From: Eledone cirrhosa
Lineage: Eukaryota
Direction: 5' to 3'
Length of the DNA: 64,000 nucleotides
NCBI GenBank assembly: GCA_964016885.1
Contig: OZ024742.1
Coordinates: forward strand, 344,472,001-344,536,000
A program made the translations under genes and the position numbers. The stretch's first letter is position 1. The number at the start of each line of letters is the position of its first letter. Positions 12,558-25,302 of this stretch are shown piece after piece. Under the pieces are notes generated by a model. The model saw only the letters and a list, made by a program, of their open reading frames with translations. It made no database searches and was not told where the DNA came from.

Positions 12558-12647
12558 TCCTCTTGATAAGTCGGCAGACCTCGCAAGAACTCTATATCTT
12601 TATGATATATTGTTTTTGTTTATGCCACGAAACTACGTAGTCGAGGA
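12558..12647 (+). ncRNA. Type I hammerhead ribozyme, U3-A8 core variant, long stem II
   Basis: Stem I TCCTC/GAGGA and core TTGATAA...GAAA. Stem II is GT(C)GGCA/TGCCAC, GCAAGAAC/GTTTTTGT and TATATC/GATATA. Stem III is the palindrome ACTACGTAGT, with a GUC site at 12640-12642. Confidence 0.8.
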
Positions 12648-12713
12648 ATCTAGAAGCAGTTTAGGTATGATACATTTTATTACTAATTATATCTAAATGT
12701 TTCTTCTCTCTTC

Positions 12714-12774
<61 letters not shown>

Positions 12775-12821
12775 TTAAGTTTCCGTGGAAACAGTAAAAG
12801 TGATGAAGAGTGGTCTATGTA

Positions 12822-12909
12822 AGTTACATCTGACGAACGAATCTGACGAACGAATGCGGACGTGTCTTGTGTTCGTCCTGTTCAGGAAACCTTGGGTAAT
12901 GAGGTAATT
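12822..12909 (+). ncRNA. Type I hammerhead ribozyme with 13-bp duplication of the core
   Basis: CAT-CTGACGA(ACGAAT-CTGACGA)...GGACG/CGTCC stem II...GAAA-CC-TTG-GG-TA-ATG, with a GUA site at 12896-12898. Confidence 0.7.
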
Positions 12910-12930
12910 ATACTGTGTTGTTTATTATAC

Positions 12931-13018
<88 letters not shown>

Positions 13019-13033
13019 AATAGGATTGAAATT

Positions 13034-13471
13034 GAAAAATGAAATTTCATTTTTTCCATTTATCGTTTTCGGTATGCCCAGCCGACTATTTCACTCGATA
13101 TGTAAATTAGGCTACTCAGCCGTTAATATGCATAGGGAAAGTATATACGACAAGAAGGCGTACGGTATTGATGACAGCTAATAAGCTAGAAACTTGTTCA
13201 TCGTTCCTTTGTCAGTGTTGAACAAAATGGCAACGATGGTTGTCGAACACTGTACGGCTAATAATTCGGACTGTTTGTTTACAAACAAACCGAGCATTAT
13301 AATAAATGTTCGGTAAATCCATACGTTCATATATATATATATGTGTGCATGTATGTATGTATATACATACTACTGTACGCCTGTATACATATATGTATGT
13401 ACGTATACATACTTATATTTAAGTATCAGCCGTACTAAGAGTGAGAAATGAAATTTCATTTTTTCCATTTA
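13034..13471 (+). mobile_element. Retrozyme-like family A monomer (409-bp unit plus terminal redundancy), decayed HHR at 13162-13204
   Basis: AAATGAAATTTCATTTTTTCCATTTA is at both ends, 409 bp apart. The HHR reads TTGATGA-CAGCT-AATA-AGCTA-GAAA-CTTG-TT-CATCG. Both flanks are (TA)n. Confidence 0.8.
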
Positions 13472-13955
13472 TATATATATATATAGTGAAAAATCAAAAT
13501 GTTAGAGAATTAAGGAATTCTGTACAAATCAAGTTATATAGTGAATATAATAGCAGAAATGATTTTAAGATTCACCTAATATTTCTATATACATGCATGT
13601 TTACAATACACAAAGAGCAGAAATTAATTCATACGAAATAAATAGTTCTATTTAAAAAATATATAGGTAGTTTTTCAGAAGTACTCAAAATTATCTAATT
13701 AGTTTATACACTAACTGGTTTCGTTCTGAGTAGCTGTTCAAAGTTTGATTTTGAGTTGTGATTGTGTTGGATATACATTTACTTACACGTTGCTTATATG
13801 CCAAGTTGACCTATGTCCGTCGTGTGCTGTTGCTTGTCCTTTATTTTTCTCCAACAAGCGAGGTGACATCATATATCTTTATCGTTACTGTGTCCGAGCA
13901 CGGAAGAGCCGAACTCCCACTGTCATCACCTCCATCTCTTTCGCCCTCCCCATCT

Positions 13956-14190
13956 CTATGTACAGTGAGCAAACGGGGTCCCACGTGCTGGCCGCACCAC
14001 AGTCCCGGCTGATAGAATGGAGAAGGCGTTTCCATAGAGGATGGCAAGGGAGATGCGCTGGAAAAGCCATTCCATCTCGCGCGGCTCACACCTGCGGCTG
14101 GCCAGCTTAGCGTCTATGGTGTAAGTAGGGAGGTAGCCCTAGGGCCAAGAAAACCAGAAGTCTCCACTGCTAAGGCACGACCACAAACCT
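13956..14190 (-). mobile_element. CRE-clade-like non-LTR retrotransposon, C-terminal restriction-like endonuclease fragment
   Basis: Manual translation gives ALAVETSGFLGPRATSLL / IDAKLASRRCEPREMEWLFQRISLAILYGNAFSIL, matching the AVET.G..GP and QRIS.AI..GNA motifs. Confidence 0.7.
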
Positions 14191-14416
14191 GTCGGCGAGT
14201 AACCGCCCACCACCACAAAAAAAAAGAAACAAACAAAAGCAACCTATGACACAAGTCCTAAATCTGGCTGACTTTGAGTCAGATGTACAGCGAGTTGAGT
14301 TTCGGTTTGGATTTGGTGAAAAAAATATATCCAACATCAAAAACTACTCAAAATGAAGCTGTGGGGAGTGATAGATAGACAGGTAGATAGATAGTGAGAG
14401 AGAGGGAGAGAGAGAT

Positions 14417-14491
<75 letters not shown>

Positions 14492-14700
14492 GAGAATGAG
14501 AGAGAGAGAGAGATTTAGGTATATATATATAGAACCATCCAGACACTCACACATATTCATACACACATAAATATATATATACATACATATATATAAAAAG
14601 GAACGATCGACTTTCGTCAAATCGGACCGAGGGAACAATGTTTCCGTTGGTCTTTCCAATTGCTAATACTATCTATCGGTCGCAACTCCAGGTAGAAGGA

Positions 14701-14811
14701 GCAACGTGAAATAAAGTGTCTTGCTCAAGGACATAACGCATCGCCTGGTCCAGGAATCGAACTCACAACCTTACGATTGCGAATCCAATTCTCTAACCAC
14801 TCAGCCACACG
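14701..14811 (-). mobile_element. tRNA-derived SINE (head plus Meta/MESC-like core)
   Basis: Box A TGGCTGAGTGG and box B GTTCGATTCC, followed by TGTCCTTGAGCAAGACACTT. Confidence 0.75.
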
Positions 14812-14871
14812 CATATATGTAAAGTAGTGAATATATCACTTACTTCTTTTCGGCGAAAGAAGGGAGAAATT

Positions 14872-14911
14872 CTGACAGTCTGTTTCACGCTGGGTGGCGT
14901 TCATCAAAGCC
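14872..14911 (-). ncRNA. Hammerhead-like motif within inverted repeat 14824-14892 / 15084-15152
   Basis: GGCT-TTGATGA-ACGC-caccca-GCGT-GAAA-CAG-A-CTG-TC-AG. The inverted partner has the 3' half ending TC-AGCC, which completes stem I. Confidence 0.65.
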
Positions 14912-15273
14912 ACGTACTCCCCTGCGTCCGTCGAAAACTATAGAAGCTTGATTCTTATAGAATTTCAGTAATAATCAGGAGCTGATTATACAGAGCGATT
15001 GCCGGTCCAGCAAAAATTAGGTATTAGGATTAGTGCTCTGAAATAGCGATGTATACATGAATGTATGTATAGTATAGTATATACAGCGTGAAACAGACTG
15101 TCAGCCTCTCTCCCTTCTTTCGCTGAAAAGAAGTAAGTGACATAGTCACTACTTCAAAACTGATAGCGTATGGCCTTCTAAATGTTTTTAATTAAACATA
15201 TGGTATATTGCCAAATATACTATACATACATTCCTGTATACATCGCTATTTCAGAGCACCAATCCTAACCTAA

Positions 15274-15353
<80 letters not shown>

Positions 15354-15446
15354 AGGAGGTTATAGTTCACTTGAAGCATTGTGTAATGAGGTATAAACGT
15401 ATGACTTGGCAAGGTATTTAGAACACTGGTTTGAGAGCTTTACTTC

Positions 15447-15481
15447 CCTCTGAAGAAGAGATATTATCTTGAAAATTAAGG
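15447..15481 (+). ncRNA. Minimal hammerhead-like motif
   Basis: CCT-CTGAAGA-A-GAGAT-att-ATCTT-GAAA-ATTA-AGG, with a palindromic AATT stem III. Confidence 0.55.
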
Positions 15482-15595
15482 ACATTTAAATAAATCTAAG
15501 GTAAAAGACTAATTGTCAACAATATCTTTTGCATTTGCATTCTTTATTCTATGTCCATACCTGCATTGTTTTGGCTTTATTATATATATACAAAC

Positions 15596-15662
<67 letters not shown>

Positions 15663-15699
15663 CATATATATATATTATAGTTAAAACAGACAACAAAAA

Positions 15700-16156
15700 A
15701 TCCAGTGCTGGATCCAGTGCTGCGACGGGAACACATGGGAAGGAGTTGGCTAGCAGAGGTGATAAATACATCCTATTTGAGCCATTTTGTAGGCCAACAG
15801 GAGCTCATCTCGTTCGTGATGTATCCTCTTTTAGCACTGTTAAGAGGGCAGATTTGTAGTGGACGAACAAGTTCCTGCAGGCTGCTTTGCGGTAGAAGCT
15901 GGTGTGGTTTCCTCCTTGCTCCGTGATGTTGATTCGGAAGTCGAGGAGGGCAAGAGACCCGTCGTCGTTGGGGTGTTCAACACCGAAGTCAATACTTTCG
16001 TCCGTGTTGCTGAACGTCTCGTAAATCCCGATCGCCATCTCCTGGGAAGATGTGAGGATGAGGATGTCGTCCACGTATCTTGAGAAGAAGGTGTCGCCTT
16101 TGAGGTCACAGGCGTTGAGAGCCTTGCGTTCGAGGCTGTCCATGTACGAGATCGCT
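15700..16156 (-). pseudogene. Penelope-like element reverse transcriptase fragment
   Basis: FFSRYVDDILIL...FGVEHPNDDGSLALLDFRI...SFYRK...FVHYKS, the PLE RT palm-to-thumb pattern. It lies between (TA)n tracts. Confidence 0.8.
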
Positions 16157-16198
16157 ATATATATAATAATAAAATGTGGAGAGGAAGCACACGAGTTA

Positions 16199-16270
<72 letters not shown>

Positions 16271-16273
<3 letters not shown>

Positions 16274-17060
16274 TTATAAGAATCAAAGTTCTGTTCAAAT
16301 CATTTATATGCTTACAATTGTTTCCTCCAAACCGAGGTTTGGCTTCTTCGGAGCAATTTATTAATGAATGATCACATATATGACCTCCTTTTCAACCCAA
16401 GAGACATACAGATACATATGCATATATTGTTGCTTGGTGGGTCGACATCCATTATAACATTTAGCGTGGCAGTATACATTTAAAGATTACATTCATATCA
16501 AAAGAGGATAAAATTAAAATTAATGTTAAAATACAACATGAAATTAATGCGATAAGATAGTCAGAAGCAGATAGTGTGTGCAACAGTTACACGTGTGGCA
16601 AGCACGTGTGTCTTATTCATATAATATTATAGTGCGGCAGGGTGTTACATGTAATACAAGCACTTTAAGCGGGTAATTAAGAGTATTAAGGGGGTTGTAC
16701 AGGTAATGTATTTTTTATATAAATGTTATAGAAGCTTGTGTGTAGACAAATATTATAAATATTAAAAATATTAGAAATGTGTAGCAAAGCGATGATATGG
16801 TTTTCGGTTACAGCACCATTTTCACAGTCCGGAGAGCGTAATATCTAGATTATATGCCCCTCACATAATCCACGTCGATTCAATATTGGACGTTTGATGA
16901 TTCTGGTAGAGTATCATAGTTTGTTGGTCATTAGTCCAATATAGCAGGTTGTTTTGGTTGCGAGAATCAACATCGTATTATTTTCCGGAAGTGTGTGTGA
17001 CTAAGGGGAGTTAATGCGTGAGGGGTGGTAACTCACTGATTTCTATAACTAAATATTATC
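16271..17060 (-). mobile_element. Diverged solo 3' arm (pLTR-like) of the PLE family at 27540-32743, with HHR at 16309-16355
   Basis: Colinear with 27540-28340. The best-conserved blocks are the HHR (TGCT-CCGAAGA-AG-CCAAAC-ctcg-GTTTGG-AG-GAAA-CAATTG-TA-AGCA) and CCGGAAGTGTGTGTGAC..AATGCGT.AGGGG.GGTAACT. Confidence 0.85.
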
Positions 17061-17157
17061 CTACGTTTATTTTTATTTTTATTTTTATTTGTCTCCTTCC
17101 TCCTATTTTCTAAATGTATTTCCACACACCCTCTGAACTCTCTTCCTAACCTATTTA

Positions 17158-17190
17158 CTCCTGAAGAAGGGCTTATACCCGAAATATCGA
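17158..17190 (+). ncRNA. Minimal hammerhead-like motif
   Basis: TC-CTGAAGA-A-GGG-cttata-CCC-GAAA-TATC-GA. Stem III is the palindrome ATAT, and stem I has only 2 bp. Confidence 0.5.
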
Positions 17191-17270
17191 CCCCCCTCCC
17201 CACTCGCAAAAGCGTGAACCTAATAAACCTTTATTTGTCTGCCTCTTTGTTTTGTTCCCGTATAAATTTG

Positions 17271-17312
<42 letters not shown>

Positions 17313-18185
17313 TGGCTGCCAACTCGTTTTCGAGTACGGCCACTACTTTATATCCATGTAGGAGAACTCCTACCAATGCGCTGAACGAGTGTGACTTTTT
17401 AGTCCAGCCAGCGACTTGAAAACTCTGGTACAAACACTACACTTGTGACAATTATTGACACATAGTGCTGGGCCCATGGTACCATGTGACGACAAGTGCA
17501 GAGAGATCTCCAGATATAAAGCAATGCCTGTGCCGTGAAGCTTTTATAGTGAGCAAAGGAACTGCACAAAGCCAGTCCCACTCTCTTAACCAAGATGATA
17601 TTTACCAAAAAGAAGAACAAGTCAACATCATTGGTTACCATCAGGGTTGCAGGTGTTATATCAGAGTTTTCCTTCTCCTAGAATTCTGCCTTGCAAAGGC
17701 TAAGGCGTCATCTCTCCCGGTGATTTTGGATGGCCATTGACTCTTAAGAGCTCCTTTGCCCTTTGACAGGTTTTGTTTTTAGTCCTGCAGGATGTCCAAA
17801 ATCACCCTCCTCACCAAGAAACCTTGATGGGGTTGCCAGTTTAGTCGCCAATGACCCGACCATGAGACAGGTTGTACAGGGATAAATGTTACCAGTAGCA
17901 CCAACTGGTGACCTGACATACATATATATACATATATATACATATATATACATATATATACATATATATACATATATATACATATATATACATATATATA
18001 CATATATACATATACATACTCATACATATATATACATATATACATATACATATATACATACATATACATATATATACATATACATACACATATATATATA
18101 TAAACATATATATATATACATATATACATATATACATATACATATATACATATACATATATACATATACATACACATACATATAT

Positions 18186-18737
18186 ATTACTCTTTTACTC
18201 TTTTATCTGTTTCAGCCATCCGGCTGAGGCCATGCTGGGGCACCGCCCTTGTTGCTACACATTTTATCTCCAGCCTGTATAGGTTGGCCACTGGTGCAAG
18301 GGGGAGTTTGTTGCTGCTGCCCTTAGGTTTCCCTTGTGTCTTGCTGTGGGCTCATCCGGGATCCTGGATAACAAGGTGTCGAGATGTTTCTTGAAGACAT
18401 CCACCTCCACGTCATGCAAATCTCTCAGATCCCTCGGCAGCCTGTTGAAGAGTTGAGGGCCCTTGAATCCCAGGCTATTGCAATACCTGCTCCTTATTCT
18501 AGATGTGGAAGACGGGACCTTTGGCACCACACAGTGACGTCCTGTTCGACGGTTGGTCCAGCTCCCAATGCCAAAGTTTGGTGCTAGTCCCTCCAGGATT
18601 TTCCACATGTAGATCACTGCGTATCTCTGCCGTCTTCGCTCCAAGGAGTAGAGGTTCAGTTCCTTTAGCCTCTCCCAGTAGCTTGTCTCCTTCATCGTGG
18701 CAATCCTCTTGGTGTAGTATCGCTGGATTGCCTCAAT
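18186..18737 (-). mobile_element. CR1-group LINE 3' fragment
   Basis: [44 protein letters not shown]. The 3' tail is a tandem TAAAAGAG, and the fragment is embedded in TA-rich microsatellite. Confidence 0.85.
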
Positions 18738-18805
18738 ACATATATACGTATACATATATACATACATATACATATATATACATATACATACACATATATA
18801 TATAC

Positions 18806-18857
<52 letters not shown>

Positions 18858-18891
18858 CTACATATATCTACATACGTATACACACATATAC

Positions 18892-18948
<57 letters not shown>

Positions 18949-19070
18949 CATATATCCATATACATATATACATATATACATATACATATACATATATCTA
19001 TATACATATATATATATATACATATATCATTATACACATATATATATATACATATATATATACATATATC

Positions 19071-19200
<130 letters not shown>

Positions 19201-19211
19201 TATATATATAT

Positions 19212-19625
19212 AAAACCGGAAAAAATGAAACGACATTTCATTGTTGCTCGTTTGTTCAACACTGAGAAAGATATGCTGTACGTATACCTTCCTGCCAGCT
19301 TGTTGAACGTATATACTTACCATATGCATATTAACGGCTGAGTAGCCCAATGTGCATATCAAGTGGGTTAATCGGCCGGGTGCTGACGATAGCTAATAAG
19401 CTTGAAACTAGTACAGCGTTCCTTTGTCAGTGTTGAACAAACGAGCAACGACGGTGGCTAGACATTACGGCTTAATACGGGATGTTTGTTTAGAAACACA
19501 CCGAGCATTAGATAAATGTTCGGTGAATCCATACGTACATATATATATGTGTGCATGTATGTATATATATATATATATACATACTACTGTACGTCTATAT
19601 ACATATATGTATGAACGTGTACATA

Positions 19626-19630
<5 letters not shown>
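19212..19630. mobile_element. Retrozyme family A, rearranged: minus segment 19212-19380 joined to plus segment 19381-19630 with HHR 19381-19415
   Basis: TG-CTGACGA-TAGCT-AATA-AGCTT-GAAA-CTAG-TA-CA. Homologous to the copies at 13034 and 34186-35217. Confidence 0.8.
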
Positions 19631-19677
<47 letters not shown>

Positions 19678-19716
19678 TATATATACATATATATACATAT
19701 ATATACATATATACAC

Positions 19717-19770
<54 letters not shown>

Positions 19771-19790
19771 GTATACATATAAATATATAC

Positions 19791-19823
<33 letters not shown>

Positions 19824-19826
19824 CAA

Positions 19827-19889
<63 letters not shown>

Positions 19890-20203
19890 CAAACATATAC
19901 ATATACATATATATATATATACATATTTATATATACAAATATATATATATATACAAATATATATACATATACATATATACACATATACATATATATAAAT
20001 ATACATACACATATACATCGATCTATTTAGTTGCTAAAAATCTTTTTTAGTAGCGATCATAGACGGCTAGTCTACGATTTCCCGCCTTCACTATACACCA
20101 ATGTGTTTACGGGTCACTTTCACGACCTTTCAGACCTGTATTGGTTGGAGTGAGGTCATATATTTTGTCGTTCCTGGGGTTTTTAACCCTAGGACAGGAA
20201 AAT

Positions 20204-20285
20204 GCTTCTCTGATGATCGTTGCTTTTCCATTAATATCCTCGTGATATCTAATGTTTTGCACCGTGAAACTGTACAGTTTGGGCC
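20204..20285 (+). ncRNA. Type I hammerhead ribozyme with long stem II
   Basis: Core CTGATGA (20210) and GAAA (20266). Stem II is CG.TGC/GCA.CG plus CATTA-ATATC/GATAT-C-TAATG. Stem III is the palindrome ACTGTACAGT with a GUU site. Stem I is weak. Confidence 0.7.
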
Positions 20286-20398
20286 ATTAGAATAGGTAAA
20301 TATTTATATTATATTTTTTAATTCTGATTAATTTTAATTGTATATTAATTTTGATTTATTTTGAAAAATTGGTTGAATTTTACTTGTTCTGCTTATCT

Positions 20399-20489
<91 letters not shown>

Positions 20490-21009
20490 TACATATATAT
20501 ATACATATATATATATACATATATATATATACATACATATATATATACACATATGTATATATACATACACATATACATATATACATATATACATATACAT
20601 GTATATACATACACATATATATATACACATATATATATATACATACATATATATATATACATATATATATATACACATATACACACATATACATATATAT
20701 ATACATATATAAATATATATACATATATATATACATACATATATACACATATATATATACACACATATATATACATATATATACATATATGTACATATAT
20801 ACATATTATATACATATATACATATATATACATACACACATATATACACATATATATATATACACACACATATATATATATATACATATATATACATATA
20901 TACATATGTATACATATATATATATATACACATATATATACATATACATATATATATACATATATATATACATATATACACATATACATATATATATATA
21001 CATATATAG

Positions 21010-21056
<47 letters not shown>

Positions 21057-21148
21057 AATATATATATATACACTTATATATATACATATATATATACATA
21101 TATATATGCATATATATATATACATAAATATATATATACATATATATC

Positions 21149-21182
21149 CTGATGATTTCTAATGAATGAAACAGTTCTAGTC
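21149..21182 (+). ncRNA. Hammerhead-like motif at a (TA)n junction
   Basis: CTGATGA-T-TTC-taat-GAA-T-GAAA-CAG-TT-CT(A)G-TC. The 5' strand of stem I is replaced by microsatellite. Confidence 0.45.
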
Positions 21183-22068
21183 CTGTAGAATCTCTTCTAT
21201 ATTAAAACTGTTATACTCTGCTATGTATTGAGTACCTTACTTACTGTGGTTACCTCCGATTCAACCCGGAATAACGTACATATATATCTATATATATACA
21301 TATATATCTATATATATACATATATATATATATACATATATACATATATACATATATATATAAATACATATATATACATATATATATACATATATATATA
21401 CATATATATACACAGATATATACATATATATATATACACATATATATACATATATATATATACACATATACATATATATATATATACATATATATACATA
21501 TATACATATATACACATATATATACACATCCATATATATATATATACATATATATACATATATATATATACATATACACATACACATACATATACATATA
21601 TACATACATACACATACATATACATATACATATATACACACATATATACATATATATATACATACATATATATAGATATATACATATATATATATATACA
21701 TATATACATATATATATATATATACACACACATATATATATATATAATTATATATATATATACATATATATGATGGCTGCCCCCTCGTTATCGAGTATGG
21801 CCATTGCACGAGGAGAGAACAAAAAAAAAAAAAATAAAAAATAAATTTAAAAAAAAAAAAAATAAATATATATATATACACACACATTCATATACATATA
21901 TACACACACATATATATACACACACACATATACATTAATAACAATAATAATAATAATGATAACAACAATAATAATAACGACAACAACAATAATAATATAC
22001 ATATACATATATATATACACATACACACACACACATAAACATATCTATACACACACACACGATAGCAA

Positions 22069-25000
22069 CTAACAGCGCTGCGATCGAATGTGGCTTTTTA
22101 GCCCAGCCATTGATCTAAAATGTCTTGCACAGAGTCGGCAACCAAAACATTCACTGGGAATAGCCGGCTGTGGTTGGAGTTCGTGTACTTTTGCATGTCG
22201 CTTGAGCCCTCCTGCTGATTTACATTCTCTACCACATGTTTGGCAAGCATGATGAGTAGCATCTCCAACAGCAGCCTGGTAGTCAACCACTGGTCTTACT
22301 TTATGACTGCGAAGATGACTTTCGAGTCCCGCTTTGCTTAGGCAGAGTCTCGCACAGACGCTGCATGTCAGCACCATAGGAGGAGCCTCGCCGTCTTGAA
22401 GTGCAACAGCAATGCCCTTCCTCACATCCCGCTTTACTTTCTCTTATGCGATTCGAGACGCCTCAAAGGCAACTTTTCCCTCATATACAGTTTTTCTCCA
22501 TTTATTACGATCAGCAGCAATATTTTCCCATGTATCAGCAGAGATGTTAGCGTCTTTCAGAGAGGCTTTCACGGAATCCTTACACCTCTTTTTTGGTTTA
22601 TGTGGCGGTCGATTTCCTTTAACCAACTCTCCATAAAAGAGTTGTTTTGGTATTCTAGAATCTTTCATCCTGGCAAGGTTACCACTCCAACGGAGTCGTT
22701 GCTTAAGCACAAGAGCTTCTATACTGTCACACATAGAGCTTTCCAAAATCTCGACATCACTGATGTGGTCCCTCCAGTGAACGCCATGGAACCGTCTGAG
22801 ACACAACTGATAGAAACGTTCCAATTGTTTAAGGTGGTGTCGATATGTGACCCAGGTCTCGCAGGCATAAAGAAGACAAGAGAGCACACATGCCCTGTAC
22901 ACCTTTACCTTTGTCCTCCTGCATATGTCTCGCCGACCCCAGAGTCGCCTTTCTAGCTTTTCGAAAGCATCACTTGCTTTCCTAATCCTAAGTGAGATTT
23001 CACTGTCAAGGTTGCTGAATCGAATAACAGTGCTTCCCAGGTAGACAAATTAATCAACTACTCCAAGTCGTTTACCATACACATAGATATTTGGTTCACT
23101 GTACTGCTTATCAGGGGGAGGTTGGTACATGACGACGGTTTTCTTGAGACTGACAGTCAATCCTAGGGCAGTGCAAGCGTCAGAAAATGGATTCAAAATG
23201 TGCTGCATATCACTCTCTGTGTGCGCTACAAGATTGCAATCATCTGCTTACAAGAGGTCTCTTATGATTGATGTAAATACTTTTGTCTTTGCAGCAAAGC
23301 GCCTGATGTTAAATACGCTGCCTGAGGTTAGATATCGGATGTAAACACCATGCTCGCAATTCCTGAATGCAATACAGAAAACCATTGTAAAGTATATGAC
23401 AAACAGGGTCGGTGCTGGAATATCCCCCTGTTTTACTCCATTTTTTACTGAGATAGGCTCCGACATGTTACCTCCGACATTAATCCAAGCCTTCATGTCG
23501 TCATGGAAAGACCTAACTAAAGCAAGGAACATATCAGGTCAACCAAGTTTCTGGAGAACCTTCCATAATGCATTTCTGTTAACAGTATCGAAAGCTTTTG
23601 TCAGATCGACAAAAACATGATACAGATCCAAGCTTTGTTCCATGCACTTCTCCTGGAGCTGTCTAGCTGAGAAGATCATATCAGTAGTGCCGCGTCCAGC
23701 ACGAAAACCAGATTGACTTTCAGGAAGAACACAATCTGCAATGTGTGTCAGCAGACGGTCCAGAAGCACCCTACATAAAACTTTCCCTACGACAGAAAGC
23801 AATGATATACCTCTATAGTTCCCACAATCATTCCAGTTGCCCTTTCCCTTGCACAAGACCACCATTACTGCATCTCTCCAGTCCTCAGGTACGGATTCAT
23901 TAGCCCATATCCTGCCAAACAAAGAGTGAAGATGTTGCAGAAGTCTCTCACCACCATATTGTAGGAGCTCAGCATGTATGCCATCCATACCTGGAGATCT
24001 TCCACTGTTCAGCTTCGAAATAGCCACTGCAACCTCCACAAGCGTCGGGGGTTCTGCGAGAGTTACTTTCACAGGACTTTCTGGAATGAGATTGAGGAAA
24101 TCTTCACTGACGACAGACGGCTGATTCAAAAGATCATCAAAGTGCTCTCGCCACCTTCGTAGAATTCCTTGTGAGTCACGAAGAAGTTCTTTGCCATCCT
24201 TCCTGCGAAGCGGTGTCACCAGAGAAGAAGACGGTCCATAAACCTCACGCAAGAGACTGTACAACAGCTTTGTGTTATTGGAATCTGACGCAGTTTGAAT
24301 CTCACCAGCCTTCTCACTCCACCACTGATCCTTCATCTGAGAAAGACTCCGCCTAACACGTTATTTTACATCCTTGAGTTTCTCATGCAACGTATTCCTC
24401 CCCTGTGGTTTTGCCGTCAAGTAGCGTGACAGAGCACGCCTCTTATCAACCAACAAGTCTTCTATATGTACATCATTCTCATTAAACTAGTCCTGATGTT
24501 TTCTCTGCACCAATCCAAGAACACGCCTGCCTACATCATAAACCGCCTTTTTAAGGGTCGACCAATCCTCACCAAGATCTACAGCCTGCATCTCTTCTTC
24601 CAATGTCCTCTTCACATTTTTATCCTTAAGACGAGCAGCATTCAATCATTTCGGCTGGGCAACACCAGGAGCCCGGATTTTACGTTTAGTGATTAGTTTC
24701 ACTTTTGCGCGTACCAGGCGGTGGTGCGTCCAGCACTCAGCTCCACGAAGAGCACGAACACACTGCACATCCTGTCTGTCACGCATCCTTACTAGGACGT
24801 AGTCCAAAAGATGCCATTCCTTAGATGCAGGATGCATCCATGTGGTCTTGAATTTGTTCTTTTGTTGGAACATGGTGTTGGTAACACACAGATCCAGCTC
24901 CTCACGCATCTGCAGCAGGAGCATACCATTGCTGTTACACTTTCCCACCCCATGCCTTCCGATTACATTCCATATGTTAAAATCCCTACCCACTCTAGCA

Positions 25001-25302
25001 TTAAAGTCACCAAGACTTTGTCTGCCTGAGGGATATTTCTTAAAACACCTTTCAAGGCATGGTAAAAGGACACTTTTTCTTCATCGACAGAATTCATAGT
25101 TGGAGCATACATACTCACCAGGGTCGCATATCTTCCTTTGTCCAGCGGAATTCTCATGGACATAAGACGCTCACTAATCCCTACTGGGAATTCTTCTAAT
25201 TTATTCACAAGAACAGTCTTAACAGCAAATCCTACCCCAGCCTCTCTTCTGGTTCCTTCATCTCTTTTTTTCCAGAAGAATGTATATTCTCCACAAAATT
25301 CT
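22069..25302 (-). mobile_element. RTE (BovB-like) LINE, 5'-truncated and decayed; APE + RT + three C-terminal C2H2 fingers
   Basis: Motifs: GVGFAVK, VSMYAPT, TTWMHP..WHLLDY, SPGMDGI, NYRGISLL, ESQSGFR, FVDLTKAFD, GVKQG, LL*ADD, LLYACETW, RLRWSG, RIPKQLFYGEL. Three CX2C-X12-H units follow. Confidence 0.92.

Noticed and set aside
14735-14811. tRNA gene
   Set aside because: A and B boxes are present, but there is no proper acceptor stem and it continues into a SINE core.
17640-17915. Possible RTE 5' UTR or SINE with HDV-like ribozyme
   Set aside because: Repeat-like, but I could not build the nested double pseudoknot by eye.
22069-22425. Host C2H2 zinc-finger gene
   Set aside because: In frame and contiguous with the RTE ORF, and lacks TGEKP linkers.
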